From the NCBI GenBank assembly GCA_964452145.1, contig CAYVLA010000019.1:1-40098 (forward strand): a stretch of DNA of 40,098 bases, given 5' to 3'. Of this stretch, positions 8,480 to 18,503 are shown in pieces. This stretch comes from Candidatus Hadarchaeota archaeon (lineage in GTDB: Archaea; CAYQAE01; CAYVLA01). Each line of letters starts with the position of its first letter. Positions within the stretch are counted from its first letter, which is position 1. Under the pieces are notes generated by a model, which saw nothing but the letters and a program-made list of their open reading frames with translations, was not told the origin of the DNA and did not search any database. The position numbers were made by a program, and so were the translations under genes.

Positions 8480-9742
8480 TTGCCTGAGGATGCGCACCTG
8501 AACAAGGACAAGGTACTGGAGCGCTTGAACTTCGCCTTCAACGAGAAGCTCGGCGACTACGTCAACGACAAGACCAACCTCCCTCTGACCCTCTTCTACG
8601 ACGACCGCAAGGACGAGCTATGTCTGCTCGATCAGAACAGGTTGCCATACGAACTGAGAATGTGGAGGACGGGGTCCTGGGAGGAGGGGGCCGGCATCGG
8701 CATAGGCGGCATGGTGACCAGGGGGAGCCAGGCGATAGGAGTGACGGGTGCATACTGCGTTCTTCTGGCCGCTGCTCAACAAAGGAAGGTGACCAAGAAG
8801 AGTGCCGTTGACTCCGTGCTGTTAGCGGCTGAGAGGATAAAGGAAGCCCGACCCACAGCCGTCAACCTGGCTTGGGCGGTCGATCGCATGTGCGACGCTG
8901 CCAAGAACGCCTTGAAGAAGGCTGGGGATGTCTACACCCATCTCAAACAAGAGGCCGACGACATATTCGTCGAGGACATCTTCATCAGCAGGGCGCTTGC
9001 CGAGAACGGCAGCCGACTGATCTCGGGCGGAGACGTGGTACTCACGCACTGCAATGCCGGATCGCTGGCCACCACGTACGGGGGCAGTGCGCTGGGCGCC
9101 ATAGAGTATGCCGCCTCTCGTGGCAAGGACGTCAAGGTCGTCGCCAAGGAGACCAGGCCTAGGAGCCAGGGATTCAAGTTGACGCTATGGGAGCTGATGA
9201 CAGCCGGGGTGCCCGCGGCCGGCATAACCGACAACATGGTTTCCCGCAGCTTCGAGAAGTTCGGGATCAACCGCGTCCTGGTGGGGGCGGACAGGATAAC
9301 CAGGGACGGGTGCGTGGCAAACAAGATCGGAACAAGCGACATCGCCAGGATGGTGGCGTTCAACAACGTTCCCTTCGTTGTCGCTGCCTCCTACTCGACT
9401 CTGGACCTGGATCACACCGGAGGCGAGATCCCGATAGAGGAGAGGAGCAAGGAGGAGGTCTACCTTCCCTACCACTACGAGGCACTGGAGAAGAAGAGGC
9501 TGAGCCTCATAAGCGAGGACGCACTCAGCTACTGGCCGCCGATGGATAGGATCTCGGACGTGCTGGAGCCCGGCAAGATCGCCCTGTTCAATCCCGCCTT
9601 CGACGTGACCGACTCCAGGCTGATCAGCAACATCGTACTTGACCTGGGGATCTACAGGCCCGAGCGCATCGCCGCATTGGAGAAGGATAAGATCTCCGAG
9701 AAGGTGGCTGCCATCATCGCCAGGTACGCCAAGGCTGTCTAG
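8480..9742 (+). CDS. mtnA: S-methyl-5-thioribose-1-phosphate isomerase / eIF-2B family protein (divergent)
   Basis: LDQ..LP, RGSQAIG, RPTAVNL, THCNAGSLAT, ETRP..QG, GADRI...ANKIGT, NPAFDVT. Confidence 0.85.
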   Translation: MPEDAHLNKDKVLERLNFAFNEKLGDYVNDKTNLPLTLFYDDRKDELCLLDQNRLPYELRMWRTGSWEEGAGIGIGGMVTRGSQAIGVTGAYCVLLAAAQQRKVTKKSAVDSVLLAAERIKEARPTAVNLAWAVDRMCDAAKNALKKAGDVYTHLKQEADDIFVEDIFISRALAENGSRLISGGDVVLTHCNAGSLATTYGGSALGAIEYAASRGKDVKVVAKETRPRSQGFKLTLWELMTAGVPAAGITDNMVSRSFEKFGINRVLVGADRITRDGCVANKIGTSDIARMVAFNNVPFVVAASYSTLDLDHTGGEIPIEERSKEEVYLPYHYEALEKKRLSLISEDALSYWPPMDRISDVLEPGKIALFNPAFDVTDSRLISNIVLDLGIYRPERIAALEKDKISEKVAAIIARYAKAV

Positions 9743-10986
9743 GCCCTGTATCTGACGTAGGCCGAGCTGGACATCTCCTCCCTGATGATCTCCTCCAGCT
9801 TCTGGGAGAGTATCTCCACCGGGATGTCCTGTATGCTGACCCGGGTGGACATCCCGCCGGTATCCTTCAGCCCCACCTCGGTCTTCGCCTCTATGAAGCC
9901 GAGATTGCCCAGATCCTTCAGGTACGATGCGAATGAGGTGTAGGATCTGGGGGGCTCGTCGTGCTGCTCGCAGAGGCTCTGGTATTCGGAGAAGATGTCC
10001 CCTGACAGAACGCTTGAGGAATCCTTGAGAAGGCTTGCCGCGGCTAGGTAGGTCATCTTCTGGTGAAGATTGAGCTCGCGAAGCTCGGTCTCCGACACCA
10101 CGGGGAGGACCTCCGCCTTGGCCGCCCTGACGTCCTCGAAGGTCACCGTGAGCCGTCCGTCCCGATCGGCCCTCTTTCCGGCGTAGTAGAGCATCTCCAG
10201 AGCGAACCTGCAGTCACCAGTCTGGGCGGCGATCTCGGCGGCGAACCTGATGACATCGTCGAAAAGGGCGCCTTCGATGAACGCCTCGTTGGCCCTGTAT
10301 CTGAGGATGTCGAAGAGCTGGGAAGCATCGTACTTCTCAAGCTTTATGACGTTTTTCTTCAAAGAGCTGCGGGTGGGCTCGTCCAGCTTGTAGTAGTAGG
10401 AGAAATCGCGGCTGATCAGTATCATGCTGTAACGGGCAACGCTGTCCAGACGGTGGTTCTCAAGAGGCCTTGAGAGGAAGTAGACTATGTCCTTGCCGTC
10501 CTTGCTCATGTAGTAGTCTATCTCATCTAGGCAGACTATGAGTATCGTGTTCGAATGAACCAGGAGCTCGTCCACGGCCTTCTGGACATATTCGGCCGGA
10601 TAGCCCCTCAACTCAAGCTCGGGCTGGAGTTCCTTGGCCATGGATGCCCAGATCATGTAGTCGGTCCTTTCCTTTCTGCAGTTGATGTGGATGTACTTCA
10701 GGTTGATGCCCCGCCGGATGGCTGCCCTCTCGATGCTGATGCCGAACCTCTTGCTCAACATGGTCTTGCCCGTCCCGATGCCCCCTAGGATCGTAACGGT
10801 CTGGGCCACGGGGGCGGACGAGATCGAGCCCTTGAAGAACTCGGCAAGCATCTTCATCTCGTTCTCCCTGTGCGGAAGGTACTGCGGAACGTATGCCGCA
10901 TCCAGCTTGGATTCGTCCCTAAATATGGTGGACTTCCCCAGGACATCCTCCACCATGGTGTCGATTTCGCCCATCCTCCCTGTCAT
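9739..10986 (-). CDS. cdc6: Orc1/Cdc6 replication initiator
   Basis: [10 protein letters not shown], Walker [12 protein letters not shown], Walker B LDEID, GDCRFAL, C-terminal winged helix. Start placed at ATG 10986, about 25 nt from TTTATATG. Confidence 0.95.
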   Translation of the reverse strand: MTGRMGEIDTMVEDVLGKSTIFRDESKLDAAYVPQYLPHRENEMKMLAEFFKGSISSAPVAQTVTILGGIGTGKTMLSKRFGISIERAAIRRGINLKYIHINCRKERTDYMIWASMAKELQPELELRGYPAEYVQKAVDELLVHSNTILIVCLDEIDYYMSKDGKDIVYFLSRPLENHRLDSVARYSMILISRDFSYYYKLDEPTRSSLKKNVIKLEKYDASQLFDILRYRANEAFIEGALFDDVIRFAAEIAAQTGDCRFALEMLYYAGKRADRDGRLTVTFEDVRAAKAEVLPVVSETELRELNLHQKMTYLAAASLLKDSSSVLSGDIFSEYQSLCEQHDEPPRSYTSFASYLKDLGNLGFIEAKTEVGLKDTGGMSTRVSIQDIPVEILSQKLEEIIREEMSSSAYVRYRA

Positions 10987-11010
10987 GGGATTGTTTTGGG
11001 TTGGAACTTC

Positions 11011-11018
11011 CATATAAA
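11011..11018 (-). promoter_or_regulatory. TATA box for cdc6
   Basis: TTTATATG about 25 nt upstream of ATG 10986. Confidence 0.6.
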
Positions 11019-11207
11019 TGTAAGTATAACCCCGCCCTCCATATTGTAGTTAGCTTTGCAGGCTTTCTTCCACCCACCAACGGCAGCAGATGCCCTTTCA
11101 CCTATCGAGACCTGTCTTGGAAAGGCGCTGGAAACAACTCACAACAAGGGGGGGCCCGAACAATGCTTTTAAGTGCAAGAACGCCACCCGACCCCGAAGC
11201 TGAGCAA

Positions 11208-12164
11208 ATGTCCGCAGAGATAGAAGACCTTCCTGGAGTAGGACCGAGAACTGCCGAAAGCCTCGAAAAGGCGGGGTACTATTCGATCGAAAGCCTCGCA
11301 GTCGCCTCGCCCCAGGAGATAGCCGAGATCTCCGGGATTTCGGATGCCATCGCCTTGAAGCTGATATCGGCCGCCAAGGAGCGTGCCAACCACCTCGTCA
11401 GATGGTACAGGGGATTGGAGGTCATGGAGCGGAGGCTGAGGCTCGCACGGGTGACCACCAACAGCAAGGAGTTCGACGATATGGTGGGAGGAGGGCTGGA
11501 GGCCGGCTCGATAACCGAGTTCTACGGCGAGTTCAGCTCGGGCAAGTCCCAGCTATGCCACCAGCTCGCCGTGAACGTCCAGCTTCCACCCGAGCAGGGC
11601 GGGATGAACGGCAAGGTCCTGTGGATAGATACCGAGGCAACGTTCCGTCCGGAGAGAGTCCACGAAATGGCGCTCAACCTGGGGCTGGACCCGGGAAAGA
11701 TCCTCGACAACATCCTCACCGCCCGGGCCTACAACGCCGCCCACCAGATGCTGCTCCTTGAAAACGCTGAGAAGATGATAAAGGAAGAGAACGTGAAGAT
11801 GCTCATCATCGATAGCCTCATGGTCCACTTCCGATCCGAGTTCATAGGACGCGCCAAGCTGGCCGAGAGACAACAGAAACTCGCACAGCATCTCTCCAAG
11901 CTCCACAGGCTGACCGATATATACCAGCTGGTCACCATCGTCACCAACCAGGTGATGGCAAGGCCCGACATACTCTTCGGAGATCCCACCGCACCGGTGG
12001 GCGGCCACATCCTGGGGCACTCCACCACGACCCGGATATACCTGAGAAAGTCTAAGGGGGACACCCGGGTGGCAAGGGTCGTTGACTCCCCCTGCCTTCC
12101 ACTGGGGGAGGCCCGTTTCATCATAACCAAGGAAGGTGTGAAGGACGTTGAGGCGACGTCTTAG
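11208..12164 (+). CDS. radA: DNA repair and recombination protein RadA
   Basis: EDLPGVG Hh[45 protein letters not shown]. Start moved to ATG 11208 (318 aa); TTTTAAG at 11167-11173. Confidence 0.97.
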   Translation: MSAEIEDLPGVGPRTAESLEKAGYYSIESLAVASPQEIAEISGISDAIALKLISAAKERANHLVRWYRGLEVMERRLRLARVTTNSKEFDDMVGGGLEAGSITEFYGEFSSGKSQLCHQLAVNVQLPPEQGGMNGKVLWIDTEATFRPERVHEMALNLGLDPGKILDNILTARAYNAAHQMLLLENAEKMIKEENVKMLIIDSLMVHFRSEFIGRAKLAERQQKLAQHLSKLHRLTDIYQLVTIVTNQVMARPDILFGDPTAPVGGHILGHSTTTRIYLRKSKGDTRVARVVDSPCLPLGEARFIITKEGVKDVEATS

Positions 12165-12174
12165 AGAGGGACTG

Positions 12175-12205
12175 GCCCCTGGCGCATCGTCCGGGGGCTT
12201 TTTTT
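12175..12205 (+). terminator. Hairpin + T7 terminator after radA
   Basis: GCCCCTGG-N8-CCGGGGGC followed by TTTTTTT. Confidence 0.75.
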
Positions 12206-12405
12206 CCCCCACCCGGCCCGCGGTGCACTGGGCACCCATGCTGGCCTAACGGAAGGTCAGCCGGGTGAACGTGACCCCCTTCAAGCAGGCCGAGAACCGC
12301 TGCGGATTCCCTCCCGTTTCACCCGCCTTGTGAAAGAGAAGGAACCAATCAAAGCGATGTCTCGATGATATCCCCAGATGGACGTGAAACCCTATTCTGA
12401 CGGGC

Positions 12406-13401
12406 CTAGAGCCAATCGGCTATGGCCCTGGCCATCTCCCTGGTCCCCGCCGAGCCACCGAGGTCCCGGGTCAGCGCCTTGCCCCCTTCGATCACCCTGG
12501 CAACGGCCGAGACGACACTCTGAGCTGCATCCTTCTCTCCGAGATGCTCAAGCATCATCGCCCCCGACAGGATCGTTGCCGTTGGATTCGCCACGTTCTT
12601 TCCGGCGTACTTGGGGGCCGACCCATGAACTGGCTCAAAAACCGCACAGGCCTCCCCAATGTTCCCCGAGGGAGCAAGGCCCAGACCTCCAACCAGTCCC
12701 GCGCACAGATCGGATAGGATGTCTCCGAACAGATTCGTCGTCACTATCACGTCGTAAAGATTCGGCTTGACCACTAGCTGCATCGCCATGTTGTCGACTA
12801 TCCTCTCCTCGTACTCGATATCAGGGAACTCATCCGCGACCTTCCTGACGACCTCCAGGAAGAGGCCATCGGTAAGCTTCATTATGTTGGCCTTGTGCAC
12901 CGCGGTAACCTTCCTCCTGCCTTTGGCGGCTGCATACCTGAACCCGAATCTGGCGATCCTCTCGGAGCCATGCCTGGTGATTACCCTGACGGTCTCCGCT
13001 CGATCCCGGTCCGCCATCCTCTCCACCCCGGAGTAGAGGTCCTCGGTGTTCTCCCTCACCACGACGAGATCGATGTCCCCGTACCTGGCTCCGGAGCCCC
13101 GGAAGGAGCGGGCCGGGCGAAGGTTGGCGTAGAGGTCCAGCCTCTTCCGGAGCTCGACGTTGACGGAGCGGAAGCCTGATGCAACAGGGGTCGTCACAGG
13201 CCCCTTCAGTGCCACCCTGTTCGCCCTTATGGATTCGACGACCGAATCCGGCAGGGGACTTCCGCACCGCTTCATCGTCTCCTCGCCGGCCTCCAACCTC
13301 TCGTAATCGAGTGCAACGCCGGTCCTATCCAGCACCTGGAGGCAGGCCTCGATGACCTCGGGGCCTATGCCATCGCCCGGTATGAGCGTGATCTTGTGCA
13401 T
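12406..13401 (-). CDS. Isocitrate/isopropylmalate dehydrogenase family protein, probably (homo)isocitrate-specific
   Basis: [56 protein letters not shown]. Start ATG 13401 (or GTG 13410). Confidence 0.92.
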   Translation of the reverse strand: MHKITLIPGDGIGPEVIEACLQVLDRTGVALDYERLEAGEETMKRCGSPLPDSVVESIRANRVALKGPVTTPVASGFRSVNVELRKRLDLYANLRPARSFRGSGARYGDIDLVVVRENTEDLYSGVERMADRDRAETVRVITRHGSERIARFGFRYAAAKGRRKVTAVHKANIMKLTDGLFLEVVRKVADEFPDIEYEERIVDNMAMQLVVKPNLYDVIVTTNLFGDILSDLCAGLVGGLGLAPSGNIGEACAVFEPVHGSAPKYAGKNVANPTATILSGAMMLEHLGEKDAAQSVVSAVARVIEGGKALTRDLGGSAGTREMARAIADWL

Positions 13402-13406
13402 CCGGC

Positions 13407-13901
13407 TCACCCCGTCGGGAGATCCCCGTGGTTCCTGATGTAGTTCGCCAGCCCGCCCTCCGCGAGTATCTTCGCCATGACCGGGGGAATGGGCTTGAAC
13501 TCCAGCGTGACACCCCTGGTCAGGTCGGCGAGGACCCCCTCCTCGATCGAGAACTCGAGGACGTCCCCGTCATCGATGGCGGAGGTGTCGCACTCGATCG
13601 CAGGGAGCCCGACGTTTATGGCGTTGCGGTAGAAGATGCGGGCGAAGGACTGCGCAAGAACGCATGAGATCCCGGCCTCCTTGATGACCAGCGGGGCCTG
13701 CTCTCGGGAAGATCCGTACCCGAAGTTCTTGCCCGCCACGAGCAGGTCCCCTGGCTTAAGCTTATCGTAGAACCCGGGCTGCAGATCCTCCAGCAGGTGT
13801 CTTGCAAGCTCCTTCATGTCCAGGGTCTTGAACTTGTACTTGCCGGAGATGATGTAGTCGGTGTTGATGTCGTCTCCCAGCTTGTGCGCAATTCCGTTCA
13901 T
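13407..13901 (-). CDS. leuD: 3-isopropylmalate dehydratase/homoaconitase small subunit
   Basis: [39 protein letters not shown]. Confidence 0.9.
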   Translation of the reverse strand: MNGIAHKLGDDINTDYIISGKYKFKTLDMKELARHLLEDLQPGFYDKLKPGDLLVAGKNFGYGSSREQAPLVIKEAGISCVLAQSFARIFYRNAINVGLPAIECDTSAIDDGDVLEFSIEEGVLADLTRGVTLEFKPIPPVMAKILAEGGLANYIRNHGDLPTG

Positions 13902-15151
13902 AGGTACTCCCTCGGATCCGCTATCCGGCCCTCCAGAGCCGAGGCTGCCACGGTCGCCGGCGAGGCAAGGAAGATGGAAGCTGAGCTGTTGCCCATCCTC
14001 CCCTTGAAGTTCCTGTTAGCCGTGGAGATCACAACATCCCCATCCCCGGGGACTCCATCGTGCGTGCCAACACAGGGCCCGCATCCCGGGGTCACAGGCA
14101 CCGCCCCCGCGTCAACAAGGGTCTGGAAGATGCCCCGCTCGATCGCCTTCATCAGTATTCTCCGCGAGGCGGGCGCGACGATGAACCTCACCTTCCCGCT
14201 CACACGGGACCCCTTAAGTATGCGGGCCGCGACCTCCAGATCCTCCAGTCTGCCGTTCGTGCAGGTCCCAAGGAAGGCCTGGTCAACGCGAGTCCCGGCC
14301 ACCCTGCCAACCGGCACCACGTCATCGACCCGGTGGGGTCTGGACACCCTGGGTTCAAGGGAGGCTGCATCCAAGCTTAGCGTGAAATCGTATTGTGCAT
14401 CCGGATCGGGGCACACCGGAGCGCCTTCGCTGGACCCAAGGAAATTCAACGTCCTCTCATCGCACTCCGCGACCGCGGCCTTTGCCCCCATCTCAACTCC
14501 CATGTTGCATAGCGTCATCCTGCCATCAACGCTCATTGCATCCACTGCACTGCCTCGATACTCGAGGGCCATGTAAGTGGCCCCGGAGGCTCCGATCCTG
14601 CCCACGATCTCAAGAGCCAGATCCTTGGCATAGACTCCGTCCGGGAGATTTCCTACAGCGCTGATCACGGCCGATCTGGGGATCTTGAACCATAGGCATC
14701 CAGTCCGCATCACCGCAGCGGCATCGGTGCTGCCCACCCCTGTCGCGAAGGCGTTCAGGGCCCCGTAGGTGCAGGTGTGGCTATCCGCTCCGATGGCAAG
14801 ATCGCCGGGATGCACATGTCCCTCCTCCGGCATCAGCTGGTGGCACACGCCGCATCCGACATCGTATAGATTCTCTATGCCCTGCTCGGATGCGAACTTC
14901 CTTATCCCGGCGTGAAGCCTCGATACCCCCTCGCTGGGACTGGGAGCGTTGTGATCAAGGACGAGGGCAATCCTTGCTGGGTCCCAGACCCGTCCACCCC
15001 CCATCTCGCGGAAGGCTTGAATCGCAAGGGGAGTCGTACCATCCTGGCCCATGAGAAGGTCGACCCTGGCGATGACTATGTCTCCCGCCCTGGAATCTCG
15101 GCCGCTTTTGAGCGAAAGGATCTTCTCCGCGATGGTCTTGCCCAAGGTCAT
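13898..15151 (-). CDS. leuC: 3-isopropylmalate dehydratase/homoaconitase large subunit
   Basis: DH, GADSHTCTYGAL, GTCTNGR, PGCGPCVG, STANRNFKGRMG, LASP. Confidence 0.92.
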   Translation of the reverse strand: MTLGKTIAEKILSLKSGRDSRAGDIVIARVDLLMGQDGTTPLAIQAFREMGGGRVWDPARIALVLDHNAPSPSEGVSRLHAGIRKFASEQGIENLYDVGCGVCHQLMPEEGHVHPGDLAIGADSHTCTYGALNAFATGVGSTDAAAVMRTGCLWFKIPRSAVISAVGNLPDGVYAKDLALEIVGRIGASGATYMALEYRGSAVDAMSVDGRMTLCNMGVEMGAKAAVAECDERTLNFLGSSEGAPVCPDPDAQYDFTLSLDAASLEPRVSRPHRVDDVVPVGRVAGTRVDQAFLGTCTNGRLEDLEVAARILKGSRVSGKVRFIVAPASRRILMKAIERGIFQTLVDAGAVPVTPGCGPCVGTHDGVPGDGDVVISTANRNFKGRMGNSSASIFLASPATVAASALEGRIADPREYL

Positions 15152-15228
15152 CCATCGCGCCTCGAGGATCAGGGGCGTTAAAATCTTTCCAGATCGGGCA
15201 CCGTCAGATCGCCTCGGAGCCCTCGCGC

Positions 15229-16056
15229 CTATGGCGAGATGAAGTTGACCTCATAGTCCACCAGTTCCCCGTTCCCAATGACTCTGACGACTTCGATCAT
15301 GCCGCTGTGCGCTGCAACGGAGAGGCTGTTTATGGCGAACATCACATACATCCTGTCGTCCTTCTCGACGCCCTCGTACCTGACCGTGCCCAGCATCGGC
15401 GCCTCGGCGATCGTCGGGATATCCGAGTAGCCCGTTTCCTTTGCCGATCTGTACGTAGTCTCCTTGTCATTGTGGCTTATCACAAGGCTCTCCATGGTCT
15501 GGTTCCTGTTCTGGAAGAAGTCCGAGCTGCCCTGGTAGTAGGTCAGATTACCGGCCTTGTCCCTCCAAAGGAGGTAGGCGGTCGGGGCGAAGGAGAAATC
15601 GCTTATGGTCTGGCCGGCCGCGATCACCTCGCCGAAATCGTACAGGAGCGCCTCGTACTTGCTGCCGTTCACGTTTACCTGCAGTATCTCCCTGTCGGAG
15701 CCCACAGGCGCCGCCTTCGCCGCGGAAAGACAGGCCTTCACGGGCGCAATTTCGGCGGCGATATCCTCAAGGGTAGCATCGCTCTTGTTCAAGATGCTTG
15801 GATCCGAGAACGCCGGAACGGTCTTCCTGAGGCAGGAGAACTTGATCTTGACCTCCTCGTAGGGCCTCCTGGCAATGACGTTCACAACAAACGTGTGCCG
15901 CTCCTGGACGGTGCTCTTTATGCTGGGCGGATACTTGTTCTTAATGATCTCTATCCCGGTCTTCACTCTCTCCACTGTCACGAAACTCATGACAACCGTC
16001 GATATCACGACGGCTATCAGCAGAACCCCAATGAAGCCTCTATCGATTCTCACCAT
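15229..16056 (-). CDS. N-terminally membrane-anchored hypothetical protein; paralog of 737..1615
   Basis: MVRIDRGFIGVLLIAVVIS anchor; EIIKNKYP, GSSDFF, SLVISHN, APMLGTVRYEGVEKDD blocks match 737..1615. Confidence 0.85.
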   Translation of the reverse strand: MVRIDRGFIGVLLIAVVISTVVMSFVTVERVKTGIEIIKNKYPPSIKSTVQERHTFVVNVIARRPYEEVKIKFSCLRKTVPAFSDPSILNKSDATLEDIAAEIAPVKACLSAAKAAPVGSDREILQVNVNGSKYEALLYDFGEVIAAGQTISDFSFAPTAYLLWRDKAGNLTYYQGSSDFFQNRNQTMESLVISHNDKETTYRSAKETGYSDIPTIAEAPMLGTVRYEGVEKDDRMYVMFAINSLSVAAHSGMIEVVRVIGNGELVDYEVNFISP

Positions 16057-16071
16057 CGCAAACACACCTTC

Positions 16072-17283
16072 CTATCGGTGGGCTCTGGTCACGGATACCT
16101 CTCTGTAGAGCCTCCTTTTAACCATGAGGGTCCATACCAGGGATGCCGTGAGGATGCAGGTACCGGTGACCGCCAGGTACTCCGTGATGTAGACCCATAA
16201 GAGTGCCCTCTGTCGGATCTTGACTGCTTCTTCCGATACCTTCCGGAAGCTCCCAAGTACCTGATCCATTGCATCGGATGCGCTCTCATATTCGTCCTGC
16301 AGATATAGATCTTCCGCCTCCTTTTTCTGCCTCTGAAGATCCAGAAGCATGGCCTCCACCGAGCGCGTATTGGCCCCGAATCTGTCGACGAACTCTAGGA
16401 GCGAATCGGCCATGGCCCTCTCATCGAAGTACCTAACGAAGGATCCTCTCAAACGGTGAATCATCTGCAGGTCATCAGGTATCCGCACCTGGGCCGCGAA
16501 GTACGCATGGTTGAGCACGAAATCCATGAAGTAGAACCAGTTGATCCTTGTGGCCGCGGGCACATTGTCCCATCCCATCGGGATCATCAGGGTCGCGCCG
16601 AGCCCGTACGTGCCCGAAACGATCGCATCCTCTTTGCCGGTCCGCCAGACCGTGTGCACAACCGCTCCCGGCCTAGCGATCTGGACGCCATGGTGCACGA
16701 CAGTGGTCATCGAGGTCCTCTCGAAATCGGGCAGCTCCACCAGGGGGCTTCTCTCCTTGATGTCCATGTAGGCAGAGTCCATGTTCTGCTTCCCAACGAC
16801 CAGATCGCACGGATACGCGTCGTAGATGACGGTAGCCATCCAAGCGGCTGCATCATTCCCGGTCCAGTCCGTGACACCGTACCAGCCCATCTCCGTCAGA
16901 GCCAGACCTATCCCGCTGTCATGCACCGCGTCCCGCATCCACTGGATATGCTGAGTCTCGAGCACATAGGGGACGAAGTCAAACAGCTCGATCACGTCGT
17001 AGCCATCGATGAGCTGCTGCTTGGTTCTCGGGATGTAGATCCTGACGAACTTCTTGCTGGTCTTGACATCCGCGACATCCCCAGCGGGAATCAGTGAGAG
17101 ATCGATCTTCGGGTCCGCGATCATTATGGCGGTTGCCGTCTGGTGCTCTGCCTTGGTCTCCCCAATCATCATGACGCGGATCTTGTTCGTGGCGGGGTCG
17201 ACCCGACCCTGGACTCCCCCCGCAAAGGCGAGCAGCATGATGACACAGGAGACCGCGATGGGCTTGTCCCCCGACATCTTCAT
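16072..17283 (-). CDS. Secreted single-pass membrane protein (GATase1-like domain, helical stalk, C-terminal TM, RRLYREV tail); paralog of 34405..35658
   Basis: Signal peptide, RIYIPRT...YD, C-terminal ALLWVYITEY...LVWTLMVKRRLYREV; TTTAAG box upstream. Confidence 0.85.
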   Translation of the reverse strand: MKMSGDKPIAVSCVIMLLAFAGGVQGRVDPATNKIRVMMIGETKAEHQTATAIMIADPKIDLSLIPAGDVADVKTSKKFVRIYIPRTKQQLIDGYDVIELFDFVPYVLETQHIQWMRDAVHDSGIGLALTEMGWYGVTDWTGNDAAAWMATVIYDAYPCDLVVGKQNMDSAYMDIKERSPLVELPDFERTSMTTVVHHGVQIARPGAVVHTVWRTGKEDAIVSGTYGLGATLMIPMGWDNVPAATRINWFYFMDFVLNHAYFAAQVRIPDDLQMIHRLRGSFVRYFDERAMADSLLEFVDRFGANTRSVEAMLLDLQRQKKEAEDLYLQDEYESASDAMDQVLGSFRKVSEEAVKIRQRALLWVYITEYLAVTGTCILTASLVWTLMVKRRLYREVSVTRAHR

Positions 17284-17441
17284 CTGGAGGCAGCCAACCG
17301 TCGCTCGTTCTTAAATTTACCCGCACGAGTCCCGGGATCCGACCATGGAGGGCCGAGTGAGGGGCTGAACGGGGGCTGAACGAGGCGGGCCCGACCCTGT
17401 CGGTATCCCGATCGCAAGCCATCTACTGGCCACCGCATCCA

Positions 17442-18503
17442 TCACAGGTTGTGCTTCTTCTTGTTGACCGCGTACAGCGCTGCGGCAACGATCACGGCGA
17501 CGATCACGACGAGGACTACGAAGTCCTGCCAGACGTCTGCCCACCCGGCTCCCAGTATGCTGACTCGCATGATCGGGTAGATAATATAGTAGGTCGGGAA
17601 GAACCTGGCTATCCACTGGGGAATGCCCGGGAACAAGATCACCAGTGCGGGAGCGAACAGAAGGAAGTTGATCCCCTTCGCCATCCCCATAAGCTCGGTT
17701 GAGTTGTCCAGATGAACCCCGAAGATGATGCCGATCGATACCGCGAAGGCGCCCCCCAGTAGCAGGAAGGGCATGAGAAGTGATAGGTAGCTGAGAGAGG
17801 TCACCCCGTTCAGGACGAAGGTCAGGGTCGTCGCCGCCAGCGCCATCAGGTATCCCAGCGTTGCCTTGGAAGCAATGAACTCGGCGATGGTAACGGGCGT
17901 AACCGAGACGGCCGATATTGTCTTCTCCTCGCGTTCCTCGACGATGCCCAGCGAGGTCAGGAAGAAACCGCTGATCATGATCACGGCCAGGAAGATGAAC
18001 GGAGTGACCCGGTCTCTCATCGAGAGGGCTTCCTCGCTTCCAAGGATGGTGATGTTGAACGAGACGGGCACCTCCTGGCCCGCCATCTGTCGGACCAGCT
18101 TGGTCAGAGTGTTCTGGATGCTCAGGCGATGGGAGGCATAGCTCCTGCCCGAGAATCTCAGTATGATCTGGGGCGATTGGCCTCGGAGGAGGGCGTCGTC
18201 AAAATCCGGGGCCAAAACGATCCCTGCGTCCACGGCTTTGCTTTCGACCGCGTTGAGCAGACCCGACTCCGAGGCATACACCCTCGTGACCAAGGCCTTG
18301 GAACTCCGGATCATTGACACAAAGTCGGAGCGCCCCAAGTCCACGATCCCCAGGCTCGGCTCACCTTGCCCAAAACCACCGAATATCATCCCAATGACGA
18401 ATGTGTAGATGAAAGGCGAAACCAGGACGAAGATGAACATGGAGCTCCTCAGCCCCTGAGTGACATCCTTCGTGATGATCGATCTGATGATCCCCGGCCT
18501 CAT
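17442..18503 (-). CDS. ABC-2 type exporter permease
   Basis: N-terminal TM, extracytoplasmic loop, IVEEREEKTI..V.VTP, FPTYY. Confidence 0.9.
   Translation of the reverse strand: MRPGIIRSIITKDVTQGLRSSMFIFVLVSPFIYTFVIGMIFGGFGQGEPSLGIVDLGRSDFVSMIRSSKALVTRVYASESGLLNAVESKAVDAGIVLAPDFDDALLRGQSPQIILRFSGRSYASHRLSIQNTLTKLVRQMAGQEVPVSFNITILGSEEALSMRDRVTPFIFLAVIMISGFFLTSLGIVEEREEKTISAVSVTPVTIAEFIASKATLGYLMALAATTLTFVLNGVTSLSYLSLLMPFLLLGGAFAVSIGIIFGVHLDNSTELMGMAKGINFLLFAPALVILFPGIPQWIARFFPTYYIIYPIMRVSILGAGWADVWQDFVVLVVIVAVIVAAALYAVNKKKHNL

Noticed and set aside
12364..12400. Possible C/D box sRNA (GATGATA...CTGA)
   Set aside because: C box imperfect and no convincing D'/C' pair.
17361..17382. GGGGCTGAACG tandem repeat
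   Set aside because: Only two short copies; not a CRISPR or element end.
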